From a virus (lineage: Duplodnaviria; Caudoviricetes), in the IMG/VR virus record IMGVR_UViG_3300010356_000549, positions 1-64,000 of that record: a stretch of DNA of 64,000 nt; one strand, given 5' to 3'. Below are positions 26,101 to 34,298 of this stretch, piece after piece. The notes under the pieces are model-generated. The model had not been told where the DNA came from and ran no database searches. It worked only from the letters and a program-made list of their open reading frames with translations. The translations under genes and the position numbers were made by a program. Within the stretch, counting starts at the first letter, position 1. Every line of letters begins with the position of its first letter.

Positions 26101-28237
26101 CATCTCCGGGGTATCCCAGGACTGGATGATGTACCCGCCGAGTAAGGAGGGCTTCAAGCAAATCATGAGGGAAGCCAAGGAGGGACTCGCCTTCATCGAC
26201 CACTTGGTCCCAGAAAGTAAGATGGGCGGCCTTAAGCAGATTCACCTGCGTTATGCGGACAGGGCATATGCGGAGGCAGGAGCACAGGTCAACATTTACC
26301 TCGACCCTCACACCGGGCACTTGAAAACCATGGCGCACGAGCTGGGGCACGTTTTGGAGTTCCAATCGCCGGAGGTGATGCAGAACAGCCGATTGTTTTT
26401 GTTGAAACGGGCGAAGGACCGGGAGGCGACCATTCAAGGCTTCCCCGGAGCGCAAGCGTGGGAGCAGTTTTGGGTGGGCAAGAACGGGGAGCCTATCCTA
26501 GGCAGGCCGGGCGGTGGGTATGTTGAGAAGTACACCAAGGCATACGCGGGCCGGGTTTACAACACCCGTGCCATCAACGGAAATACTGCCGAACAGTTGG
26601 CGGCCCATAGCGCTGACCACTACGCTTCGGAGGTGATGACTATGGGGATTGAAAACCTCCTAACCGATCATGTCCAATTCGCCAAAGACGACCCTGAATG
26701 GTTCCGCTTTGTGGTAGCAAACCTGAGGGGCGATTATGTTGACAACGATATCCTGGCAGAGGCTACCGCTGCGGCTGGACCTAAAAAACCGAAGCCAGTC
26801 AAGCCGAAGCCCGTGGTCATTAAGCCGACCAAGCCGACCAAGCCAGCTCCCCCCAAAAAGAAGGTGCCCAAAAAGAAGCCGACGCCTAAGCCGACGCCCA
26901 AACCGAAGCCGAAGCCGAAGCCTATCGTGGTCAAGCCCAAGCCTGCACCTAAAAAGAAGGTGCCCAAAAAGAAAGTGCCCAAAAAGAAACCCGTAGCGGC
27001 TCCCGATACCCCGATACCCAAACCGTCTCGGGCACCTGAGGCACCGATGGCACCGGAGAGGGTGCTGCGAACCGAGCCTGATACTTTGCCACTCCACACC
27101 AATCAGGCAGTCTCTGAGCAGTATAACGCTGCTCTAAAGGCCGAGGAGATCCTTGCTGAGTCGAGAAGCTACTCTCAGACAAAACTGCCTGAGGTTCGGC
27201 TGAATAGGCTTTTGGCTAACCGGGCGGAGTCTGCTGAGACCCTGGTGTGGGCGCAGAAAGTCATAAACGAGCTGGAGGCGCTGGGGCCAAACGCCACACC
27301 GGAGCAGGTGGCGGAGCTGGCGGAGTTCAAGGCCATCAAGGAACGCAACTTGGGAGCATTAAAGGACTTCGACCGGGCTATCAAAAAGAACTCAAAGGCA
27401 GGGCCACTTTTTATAGACATGGTGGCCAAGGCGGAGGGTAACTCTTTACTGGATAGCCTAAAGGTGAAGGACCAGCTTGACAAGTGGGACACCAGACCCT
27501 CCATGATCAAGGAGGATATTGAGCCGGAGATTTTAAAGGACATGCTGGGCAAAATCAAGGGCCGGGCCATGGACGGGCTCGCCTTCTTTGCCCACATGGT
27601 CCCTGAGGAGATGATGGGCGGCCTAAAGGCGGTGAAGATAAAGCTCAAGGACCGGGGGGAATGGGACGAGAAGACCAAGACGGTTTACCTTGAGCCGGGG
27701 GGCTACCGGACGGAGCAATTGATGGCGCATGAGATGACCCATGCTTTGGAGGACGCATCACCTGAGGTGCTGGCCAACAGTAAGAAGTTTTTGCTCAAGC
27801 GGGCTAAGGAGCGCAAGGCGGTCGTGGGCACTCACCGGGGCATGACCAAGGACGAGGAGACCCTGATTGGGGAGGATAAAAAGCCCATTTTAGGCAAGGG
27901 CCAAGAGGAGGCCGGGACCAATGCGTATGCCGGGAAGCTGTATATCACCAGATGGTTGAAGGACGGCCTGACTGCGGAGGAGTTGGAGCACCCAGCCTAC
28001 TCGGACGCCATCTACGCCACGGAGGTGATGACGATAGGCATTGAAAAGCTAATGACCGACCATGTGAAGTTTGCCAAGGAAGACCCAGAGTGGTTTCGCT
28101 TTGTGATAGCCAACTTCCGGGGCAAATACGTGGACAACGAGACTCTGGCGGCAGCGGAGGCGGCTAAGGCTTCGGCTGCGGCAACTGCCCCCAAGCACGG
28201 GCCGAGGATGATCAAAATCAGGTGGGGTGAGGGGTAA
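23099..28237 (+). CDS. MuF/SPP1-gp7-like head morphogenesis protein with a long C-terminal extension (duplicated domain A, two HExxH zincin-like domains, Lys/Pro linker)
   Basis: RVPTIVRTEMG MuF motif; HELGH and HEMTH each followed by a (S/T)EVMTxG Glu motif; position after the portal. Confidence 0.8.
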   Translation: MSKTFVSRSTASGRAMDRAREAGQNDLLFARYRKSPQPPPGGWNAGNVTTSVHIAINRDIVNIQRMERARGIKALTPILTKFMVEQVEQIIEVALMRARVMYGIRKSKSAIINADAHVSLWEAAIMNELSGTGVLVSLTQPALSTVHQNVYGKIGLVLNGENNVVNPPRLMARMEAVATRITAIGETTRARVKREVIDSVERGNTVFEVAESIRARMPEIVTNRVPTIVRTEMGRISDDATKFAMKNSKVVSHMSVVGCEAVEPGIPTYKGRPTCNIENVPIEDEQLLEFHINHTGVIIASKFFPARIAGQPTRYVAIPAGVAPISPNLMPPGVIHPEDLSVDELANTLMGYVEEHPNNYPAIEALLVDSYKVPKADFDDAVKRLRKTHSGFNSRMSRIFLWPKADLNNAEALAARMTSYVDKHNPTALEMAMSAVDVGAPVKTVEEAVAILQRSGRLMDAVTDPSLVKNSLEAGYAIYIKVANNEAFTMSLDDLRKWWWKSGGTLDIVEQGFDETLIISPNAYIRFSLEEWKIHENEMVGRLQRIGVMDEEGGLIDPWKRTLVKTPPFSRRIITPPNVPPVDLNMFPSGKSHLRDLNVTELADTLVKYVDKYPRSYEQMERLAEGYLVPEWAFKEAVNRIRKTHDGFARDSARIFLWERSLGSNPVALAARLMDLDTRHPNSELELVISALDNGIPLHVWKQAEALVQDRGGMPNAVTEPWRVRNYHQAAYALNDMVFHTPRTSSTLSELKRLWVDRGGDGGTIFERGADQLYRVYPSRWIESSIGMDPDAGTPALEAFYARLQALGVVDKDRNIIDVWLRPRSEPVIPPQRVQAAKPKKPVTSSRPPSPPLPEGKKAISPKPGRRKLHPNIGKSAQYNAALKAEEILKESLNYKTSAEWSKEFIALDNEKITLLNNIPTLNKVYRNVLQAHEKEPTNAFLKTTLASTKKDLDKKEARLKVVEEEMVKMRSEKAPAYDVMVGRAEGNIKKITVLDELNSLISGVSQDWMMYPPSKEGFKQIMREAKEGLAFIDHLVPESKMGGLKQIHLRYADRAYAEAGAQVNIYLDPHTGHLKTMAHELGHVLEFQSPEVMQNSRLFLLKRAKDREATIQGFPGAQAWEQFWVGKNGEPILGRPGGGYVEKYTKAYAGRVYNTRAINGNTAEQLAAHSADHYASEVMTMGIENLLTDHVQFAKDDPEWFRFVVANLRGDYVDNDILAEATAAAGPKKPKPVKPKPVVIKPTKPTKPAPPKKKVPKKKPTPKPTPKPKPKPKPIVVKPKPAPKKKVPKKKVPKKKPVAAPDTPIPKPSRAPEAPMAPERVLRTEPDTLPLHTNQAVSEQYNAALKAEEILAESRSYSQTKLPEVRLNRLLANRAESAETLVWAQKVINELEALGPNATPEQVAELAEFKAIKERNLGALKDFDRAIKKNSKAGPLFIDMVAKAEGNSLLDSLKVKDQLDKWDTRPSMIKEDIEPEILKDMLGKIKGRAMDGLAFFAHMVPEEMMGGLKAVKIKLKDRGEWDEKTKTVYLEPGGYRTEQLMAHEMTHALEDASPEVLANSKKFLLKRAKERKAVVGTHRGMTKDEETLIGEDKKPILGKGQEEAGTNAYAGKLYITRWLKDGLTAEELEHPAYSDAIYATEVMTIGIEKLMTDHVKFAKEDPEWFRFVIANFRGKYVDNETLAAAEAAKASAAATAPKHGPRMIKIRWGEG

Positions 28238-28279
28238 AAAGGGCTTTACTTTTTACTAAGTCGCCTTTAGTATTTAAGC

Positions 28280-28549
28280 ATGACCATTATACGTTGCAAA
28301 CTAACAGGGGTGGAAATAGCCTTGGGGGGCACTACTCCCACCGTCCATACCCAATCCGAGTATCCCGCCTCAACACAGGCAGCCTATGAAACGTGCCTGC
28401 TTGCTCTCAACCTACTCAGCCCGGAACTGGCGGGGTGGATGGACTGCGAAGGGCTCCTCGCCGACTACCTCATTGAGAAATTTGATTTTGAGATGGTTTC
28501 AAGGCCGGAGCAAGAGCTGGATGCGGCAGGTCGTCAGCGGGTTAATTAG
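28280..28549 (+). CDS. small hypothetical protein (leaderless)
   Basis: TTTACT(28245-28250)-N17-TAGTAT(28268-28273), ATG 6 nt later. Confidence 0.65.
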   Translation: MTIIRCKLTGVEIALGGTTPTVHTQSEYPASTQAAYETCLLALNLLSPELAGWMDCEGLLADYLIEKFDFEMVSRPEQELDAAGRQRVN

Positions 28550-28553
28550 AAAA

Positions 28554-28571
28554 TTTGCACGATCTTGCAAA
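28554..28571 (+). repeat. 18-bp quasi-palindrome, copy 6, overlapping the putative -35 of the protease/capsid promoter
   Basis: exact copy. Confidence 0.95.
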
Positions 28572-28590
28572 CTGTGGTAATTCTTACCAC

Positions 28591-29424
28591 ATGATAAAAA
28601 TCAAGACGGAAGCAAAGAAGAAAAAGGCGGCTATCAACCTAACCGGGAAGATGGTCCTATGGAACCCCAAACACCCCAACTCTCAGGCCATCGCGGGGAT
28701 CGTTCGGAGCCAGTCCGGGAAGACGGTTGAGGTGGATTTGGCAGTCCCCAACTCGGAGGGACTACTGGTGGTTGCCCGAGGCGCAACCGTTACCCTACAC
28801 CGTGAAGACGTGGCCCAGTTTGGGGGCGTCTATCAGGATGGCCGGGATGTCAAGCTGTGGGAGAGCAATCAGCCCATCTCCGACGTAAAGCAGGCCACTG
28901 AGGTCAAGAGGGACAACGTCGTGGTGGATTACCGGGGAGTGTCCTTTGAGGGCTTCGGCTCCACCTTCGGGAGCGTGACCAACCGGGACCGGGATCAGGA
29001 CTACGTGATGCCGGGGGCTTTTGACAAGTCCATCCGCCGATTCAAGGAGAACCCGGTGATGCTGATTAACCACACCCGGCAAGTGATAAGCCTGATGGGG
29101 CATTACTCCAAACTTTCAGTCGTGCAAACGGGCTTGGCGGTGCGGGGGGAAGTCACCGACTCACCACACCCCGACGCGGTGCATACCCGCTTTCAAATCG
29201 TAGAGGGGTCACTTAAAACCCTGTCTATCGGGGGGATATTTTTCTATGCGGAGGACTTCAAAGGGATCAAGGAGGTGGACCTCCACGAGGTATCGCTGGT
29301 GGTTATTCCGGCCAACCCGGACGCCACGGTGCAGGTTAGGTCGTTGAGCGAATCCATCGCCGAGTCCATATTCCGGGAGCACGCCAAGCGATTCGGGGGC
29401 GAGGTTCGTCATAAAAATTCTTGA
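28591..29424 (+). CDS. HK97-type prohead protease with an N-terminal extension
   Basis: FEGFGSTFG..DRDQDYVMPGAFDKS, MLINH, LSIGG, LHEVSLVVIPANPDA. Confidence 0.92.
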   Translation: MIKIKTEAKKKKAAINLTGKMVLWNPKHPNSQAIAGIVRSQSGKTVEVDLAVPNSEGLLVVARGATVTLHREDVAQFGGVYQDGRDVKLWESNQPISDVKQATEVKRDNVVVDYRGVSFEGFGSTFGSVTNRDRDQDYVMPGAFDKSIRRFKENPVMLINHTRQVISLMGHYSKLSVVQTGLAVRGEVTDSPHPDAVHTRFQIVEGSLKTLSIGGIFFYAEDFKGIKEVDLHEVSLVVIPANPDATVQVRSLSESIAESIFREHAKRFGGEVRHKNS

Positions 29425-29540
29425 CTTAACCGGAAATCCTGCGAAAAATTGTTTCAAATGAATTTCCCCTTCAAGGCGGTCACTGCAAAATGTGGTGCGG
29501 CCAGCGGAAACCAACCAATAGTAATCATAATCATACAAGA

Positions 29541-31259
29541 ATGAAATTCACCATTAAACAAAAGATGCGGTTGGCCGAGCTGTCTAACAGCGCCACGTTG
29601 ACCGATGCCGAGAAAACCGAACTGACCGAGCTTACCGATGCGTGTAAGGCGGCTGGTTTAACCCCTGCCACCGTCGTGAAGGAATTCACCGAGGCAGACG
29701 ACGACGCGGAGGAAGGTATCTCTGAGGAGAAACTTGCTGCGCTTATCACCAAGGCGGTCACTGCGGCCATCCCTGCCAATAGCGGGGTGGACTCTGCGAA
29801 GTTGATCGCCGAAATTCAAAAGGCTGCCGCCTCCCAAAAGGGCGAGGGTCTTACTGCCGATCAGGTCGAGAAGATCATGATCAAGCATATCGGAGGAACC
29901 AGCATCGACAAGGATGCGTTGGTGCTGGCCATTAAGGCGGCTATGCCTGAGGAAAAAGGGGTCACCCAAAAGGAGCTTTTGGCTACCCTTGATAAGTTTG
30001 CGGCCTCTATCAAGACGCCTTCCCGCAATGAGTTCGAGGTTGAGTATGCCCGCGACTTCCCGTTCGAGCACCGCAACCAGAATATGACCGTGGCGGAAAA
30101 GCAGCTTGCCAACGTCTGTCTCCACCACGTCTCTGACGAGCGCAAGGCGGACATGAAGGCTGCCAAGCAACACGTCCCGACCGGGATGAACGACGGAATC
30201 AGCGATGAGCAACTTGCCTATGCTGCCCGCAAAGGGGCTGCGGCTTGGAAGGCGGCTCGCAACGCTCGCATCTATGGCGGGAAAACCCTGACCACTACTG
30301 GTTCGGGATCGGGCGCTGACCTCATTCCTTCGGACTTGAGTTCGGACCTGATGATGAGGATGTATCTGGAGTCCCAGCTTGCCAGCGAAATGCAGGCCAG
30401 CGAGATCGAGATGCCCACTCCCGTCTTCAAGTTCCCGCTCACCACGACTCGCCCTAACTTCTATGTGGGCAGCGAGAATCCGGGGAGCGACCCTACCTCT
30501 TCGGAGCCGGGCACCGACTCGATCACGCTGGATTCCAAAAAGTTGATTGGTATGTCTGAATACAGCTACGAGGCTGACGAGGACGCCATCATCGCAATCC
30601 TGCCTATGCTCCAGGAGTCGCTGGCTGCGGGCGCGGCTGACGCGTACGAGGGCGCGTTGATCAACGGTGACACCACCGGGACGCACCAAGACTCCGATAT
30701 CCATGCGGTGTCCGGTCACCACGCGAAACTGTTCAAGGGCTTGCGGAAGTATGCCATTGCTGGTTCGCTGACCAAGGACATTTCCACCGGGAAAATCAAC
30801 GCCACGAACATCATCGCCATGCGGAAGATGCTCAAGCGTTGGGGTGTCAAACCACGCGACTTGATGTTGCTGGTCGGACCTCAGGGCTACAACGATTTGA
30901 TCGGCCTTGAAGAAACCCTTACCTTCGAGAAAGTCGGCAACCCTGCCGCTGCTCGAATCCTTACTGGTGAGGCTGGCTCCATCATGGGGATTCGCATCGT
31001 GGTTTCCGCTCAGGTTCGTGAGGACTTGAACGCATCCGGGGTGTATGATGGGACCACGATGACCAAGGGCAGCGTCCTTTTGGTTCACCGCCCATCTTGG
31101 ATCAGCGGTGTGCGCCGGGGCTTTACCGTTGAGGTCGACGTTGACCGCAAGCGTCAGGTCAACTCTGTGGTGGCCAGTTTCCGCCGGGCGTTCGTGCCTA
31201 AGGAGACGCCGAGCACGACTCTGCCCTCTGTGGTTCTCGGCTACAACTATGCTGTTTAA
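29541..31259 (+). CDS. major capsid protein (HK97 fold, long N-terminal scaffold domain)
   Basis: GADLIPSDLS, FYVGSE, ITLDSKKL, ALINGD; position after the protease; strong terminator. Confidence 0.9.
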   Translation: MKFTIKQKMRLAELSNSATLTDAEKTELTELTDACKAAGLTPATVVKEFTEADDDAEEGISEEKLAALITKAVTAAIPANSGVDSAKLIAEIQKAAASQKGEGLTADQVEKIMIKHIGGTSIDKDALVLAIKAAMPEEKGVTQKELLATLDKFAASIKTPSRNEFEVEYARDFPFEHRNQNMTVAEKQLANVCLHHVSDERKADMKAAKQHVPTGMNDGISDEQLAYAARKGAAAWKAARNARIYGGKTLTTTGSGSGADLIPSDLSSDLMMRMYLESQLASEMQASEIEMPTPVFKFPLTTTRPNFYVGSENPGSDPTSSEPGTDSITLDSKKLIGMSEYSYEADEDAIIAILPMLQESLAAGAADAYEGALINGDTTGTHQDSDIHAVSGHHAKLFKGLRKYAIAGSLTKDISTGKINATNIIAMRKMLKRWGVKPRDLMLLVGPQGYNDLIGLEETLTFEKVGNPAAARILTGEAGSIMGIRIVVSAQVREDLNASGVYDGTTMTKGSVLLVHRPSWISGVRRGFTVEVDVDRKRQVNSVVASFRRAFVPKETPSTTLPSVVLGYNYAV

Positions 31260-31292
31260 CCCCTGGTTAATCTGGTAATTGAGTAGATGGTC

Positions 31293-31328
31293 AGCCCGCT
31301 CTGGATACGTCCAGGGCGGGCTTTTTTT
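31293..31328 (+). terminator. rho-independent terminator
   Basis: AGCCCGCTCTGGA/TCCAGGGCGGGCT stem plus T7. Confidence 0.85.
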
Positions 31329-31343
31329 GCACGATCTTGCAAA
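31326..31343 (+). repeat. 18-bp quasi-palindrome, copy 7, between the terminator and the next promoter
   Basis: exact copy; TTGCGT-N17-TATCAT follows at 31355-31383. Confidence 0.95.
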
Positions 31344-31395
31344 AATTATTGCCCTTGCGTATTAGCGCAGGCGGCTGTATCATCCTGAACATAAT

Positions 31396-31896
31396 ATGCG
31401 AAGGGTAAAATACGAGGGCAAAGCAAGCAACATTGGCAGATTCGGGAACGTCAAAAAAGGAGACGTGCTGGAGCTGACCGAGATGGAGTGGTCTGACATA
31501 CGGGCAGAGGCTCATTTTCAGCTAATCGACCAACCCCTATCCAAAGAGGAGCGTGAAATCGCGGCACGCATTGCCCCGTGGGGGAACGGCTATTTTGACC
31601 TGAGGACTATCCCATGGGAAAACCCCAACCTTCCCCGGCAACTACTGGCGAGAGCACCCAAAACGCGGCTGGTCAGCATTCTGGACGCGGTTAAGCAAAA
31701 CGGGGGCACCGTGGCGGAGGGCTACCGGGAAATGGGGGAGAGGCTATGGCTGGTTGACGCGGTGATGGCTGCGGCTACCTTACACGGCTGGACAGAGCTG
31801 ACGATGGAGCAGAGGACAAACCTGCCGACTTTCGAGGAAAGAAAAACCAATACAACAACCGACCTGCCCGCAACTCGGGACAGGCGCAAAAAATAA
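31396..31896 (+). CDS. hypothetical protein (head region)
   Basis: 166-aa ORF with its own promoter. Confidence 0.7.
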   Translation: MRRVKYEGKASNIGRFGNVKKGDVLELTEMEWSDIRAEAHFQLIDQPLSKEEREIAARIAPWGNGYFDLRTIPWENPNLPRQLLARAPKTRLVSILDAVKQNGGTVAEGYREMGERLWLVDAVMAAATLHGWTELTMEQRTNLPTFEERKTNTTTDLPATRDRRKK

Positions 31897-31900
31897 ACAA

Positions 31901-32167
31901 ATGATAACAAAGCAAATGATCAGAGCGGCGGCCCAAGCCACGCCTCAAGGAAGAGCAAGTGACACCTACGTGGAAAACGTCGTGGCCCAGTATGAGACAC
32001 TTGACGAGCCAGGGAGGCAACGCCTTCATAACAGCCTAACCGGGGTAACGGTGGCCACCAAGGAGGGGGAAGTCGCCAAGGTGGGGGGTAAAACCTCCAA
32101 GTTGGACAAGAAATTCGACGACAAGGTGGAGAAGCCGGGGGATACCAAAGGGGGGGTGACCGATTAA
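31901..32167 (+). CDS. hypothetical protein (head region)
   Basis: 88-aa ORF. Confidence 0.65.
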   Translation: MITKQMIRAAAQATPQGRASDTYVENVVAQYETLDEPGRQRLHNSLTGVTVATKEGEVAKVGGKTSKLDKKFDDKVEKPGDTKGGVTD

Positions 32168-32774
32168 TCCCTATTGCACAGTTGAGGACATTCAGCGGGA
32201 GACGCGCAACCGGGAAGCAGAAAACACCGTCTGGTTCGCCGAGTGCGCTTCCCGCGCATCCCGTTGGATCGACACCCACTGTGGGCGGGACTTCCTATTC
32301 CATGACCACGCAGAGGGCGAGGCTCCCTATGAGGTGCCACGGAAGTATGTGCTGGCTAATGAGGTGTTTCTCCCTATCCCCATCATCACCCTGACGGGGC
32401 TGTGGGTTACCGAGGAGACCGCACCTGTGGAGGCGGATAAATTTGACCCGGAGGACTACTATTTCTCACTGCCTAACGCCAGTCACCGGGCGCGGATCGA
32501 CACGCTGGGCACCTTTGGGCCTTATCCGTTTCGCTTGAATATGTTTCTGGAGGGCACCTTCGGATATGAGGTGGAGGATGAAACGTCACCGCCTAGCGGG
32601 ATACCGGAAAACGTGAGGCGGGCTACCGTCCTATTGGCTGCTGCGTGGTCAGTGGAGAAGCGGTTGGAGAGCGTGGCACTGGACGGCTCAAGGGCTGAGG
32701 TGCTGGACACGGGGATTCCCAGGGAGGTGTTTGACCTCATCAAACGATTCAGAATCAGAAACGACGAAATCTAA
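32163..32774 (+). CDS. head-tail adaptor (SPP1 gp15/HK97 gp6-like), probable ATT start
   Basis: frame is open from ATT at 32163: NPYCTVEDIQRE..ASRWIDTHCGRDF.. and later GYE..IPENVRRATVLLAA. Confidence 0.75.
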   Translation: MNPYCTVEDIQRETRNREAENTVWFAECASRASRWIDTHCGRDFLFHDHAEGEAPYEVPRKYVLANEVFLPIPIITLTGLWVTEETAPVEADKFDPEDYYFSLPNASHRARIDTLGTFGPYPFRLNMFLEGTFGYEVEDETSPPSGIPENVRRATVLLAAAWSVEKRLESVALDGSRAEVLDTGIPREVFDLIKRFRIRNDEI

Positions 32775-33274
32775 TGGCACAGCTTGTCCTAGTCGCCCAA
32801 ACCGGGCCAGCCAAGAGGCTGATAAAAAAACTTCACCGCAACCTGACACCTGAATCTATGGACAGGGTGGTCAGGGTGAGCGCTTTTAAGATTCATGCGA
32901 AGCTGGTCGTTGCCACCCCTAAAAGGTGGACCGGGCAAACGCGGAGAGGATGGACCGTTACCTTTGCAGGCGCGAGCCACTACGCGATATGGAACCGATC
33001 AAAGGTAATGCTGTGGCTGGAGAAGGGCACCCCTGCCAGAGGACCAGTCCGGGCGAAGGCGCTGTTTATCCCCCTTAACCGGAAGATGGCTCTGGCCGGG
33101 CCGAAGGCGTTGAAGAACCCCAATCATCGTTTCATCTACGGGGTGGACTACATCCTAAGGAAGTCAGTGAAGGGAGCCAAGGCGATGCACATCGTCAGAA
33201 ACTTTCTGCCTACTGGCGAAAAGATTCTATTCGCTGAGATGCGGAGCTTCATCAGAGAAATTGCTTCATCATAA
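32774..33274 (+). CDS. neck/tail-completion protein (HK97 gp10-like)
   Basis: TPKRWTGQTRRGW, WLEKGT, KALFIP, KGAKAMH. Confidence 0.7.
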   Translation: MAQLVLVAQTGPAKRLIKKLHRNLTPESMDRVVRVSAFKIHAKLVVATPKRWTGQTRRGWTVTFAGASHYAIWNRSKVMLWLEKGTPARGPVRAKALFIPLNRKMALAGPKALKNPNHRFIYGVDYILRKSVKGAKAMHIVRNFLPTGEKILFAEMRSFIREIASS

Positions 33275-33275
33275 T

Positions 33276-33821
33276 ATGGCTACCGTTTACAACTGCACAA
33301 TGGCCACCGCTGCCGCCTGGGTATTGAATGAGAGGATCATTCACCACTCCCAATCGGGCGGCTTGCTGGAGGGTCTTAAATTTGACAAGGAGGGCACCTA
33401 CGACGTGGACGGGGAATCAGACCTGCCTTTGCTCCAACCGTTGGCGGTTAGCTTGACCGAAAAAGTTGGGCCGGGCTTCGGGGCTTCGGGGGCGCAGGGG
33501 AAGAATGGCACCATATCCCCGACGTGGACAATGACCTACCGTTTGGCAACGTCTCGCAGGCGGCTTTTGTTTAGGCGCAACCCTGATGTGATATCGGAGC
33601 CGAAGGGCTTCATGGAATGGGCCTGTGCCATCATCGACGCCATGGAGATAAATCAAGACGGGGCGCTCGACGCCGGGCTGGAGGGCTCCATTGAGTCCCC
33701 GATGCTTGTAAATATCGGGGAGAACACCGCCTCGCAACTATCCTTTCAGGGCATCATGCAGGTGGTTCTCCATACCAAAAACCATTGCCGAGGGGAGCGT
33801 TCCTTCACTCTCCCGGAGTAA
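33276..33821 (+). CDS. putative tail terminator/completion protein
   Basis: synteny between the gp10-like gene and the tail tube gene. Confidence 0.55.
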   Translation: MATVYNCTMATAAAWVLNERIIHHSQSGGLLEGLKFDKEGTYDVDGESDLPLLQPLAVSLTEKVGPGFGASGAQGKNGTISPTWTMTYRLATSRRRLLFRRNPDVISEPKGFMEWACAIIDAMEINQDGALDAGLEGSIESPMLVNIGENTASQLSFQGIMQVVLHTKNHCRGERSFTLPE

Positions 33822-33843
33822 TGGAGGGGCCATCAAATTACAT

Positions 33844-33867
33844 TTGACATAACGGTCTGCTATGTCA
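33844..33867 (+). promoter_or_regulatory. TTGACA overlapped by inverted repeat TGACATA-N9-TATGTCA
   Basis: sequence upstream of the tail tube gene. Confidence 0.45.
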
Positions 33868-33899
33868 TCGTTTATCAACTTAAATTTTAATAAAAACAA

Positions 33900-34247
33900 A
33901 TGGCTTGCGGAACAGTAGTTGGAGCATCGTTGGAGTTTGGGATTGCGGCGGATGAGGCTTCGCTGACTACCCAAACTGTATCTGTCACGAACAAGAAGGA
34001 CAAAAAGGAGGCGCGGGACAAGTGTGGCATTATCGTTGCCGTCTCGTTCTACAATGCGACTTCTGAGATTTCAATTGACGGTCTTGGGACCGCTGCGAAC
34101 TCAGTGGGCACCGCGCTCTCTTTGAGTGGAACATACCTAACCTTAGCGGGGGCTACCTTTGTTGATGAGGTAGGGGTGGTCAAAACCAACGACGACTTTG
34201 TGAAGTCTTCGATCAAGGCCACCAGCTATGCTGGCATCTCTGTGTAA
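33900..34247 (+). CDS. major tail (tube) protein, short type
   Basis: 115-aa Thr/Ser/Ala-rich beta protein upstream of the chaperones and tape measure. Confidence 0.6.
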   Translation: MACGTVVGASLEFGIAADEASLTTQTVSVTNKKDKKEARDKCGIIVAVSFYNATSEISIDGLGTAANSVGTALSLSGTYLTLAGATFVDEVGVVKTNDDFVKSSIKATSYAGISV

Positions 34248-34298
34248 ACCCTTAACCCGTCTCCCACGGATTAAACGAGCCGTGGGAGAGCCATTCTT

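Noticed and set aside
29658-31088. 476-aa minus-strand ORF, and similar long antisense ORFs (23606..24265, 25976..26455, 36612..37106, 52717..53301)
   Set aside because: They lie exactly opposite well-supported genes with biased codon use, have no motifs, promoter or RBS, and are expected at this GC content.
32148-32159. G7 tract as a frameshift fusing the 88-aa ORF to the adaptor
   Set aside because: The adaptor frame has a TGA (32157-32159) just after the tract, so slippage there would terminate. The run fits better as an RBS for the ATT start.
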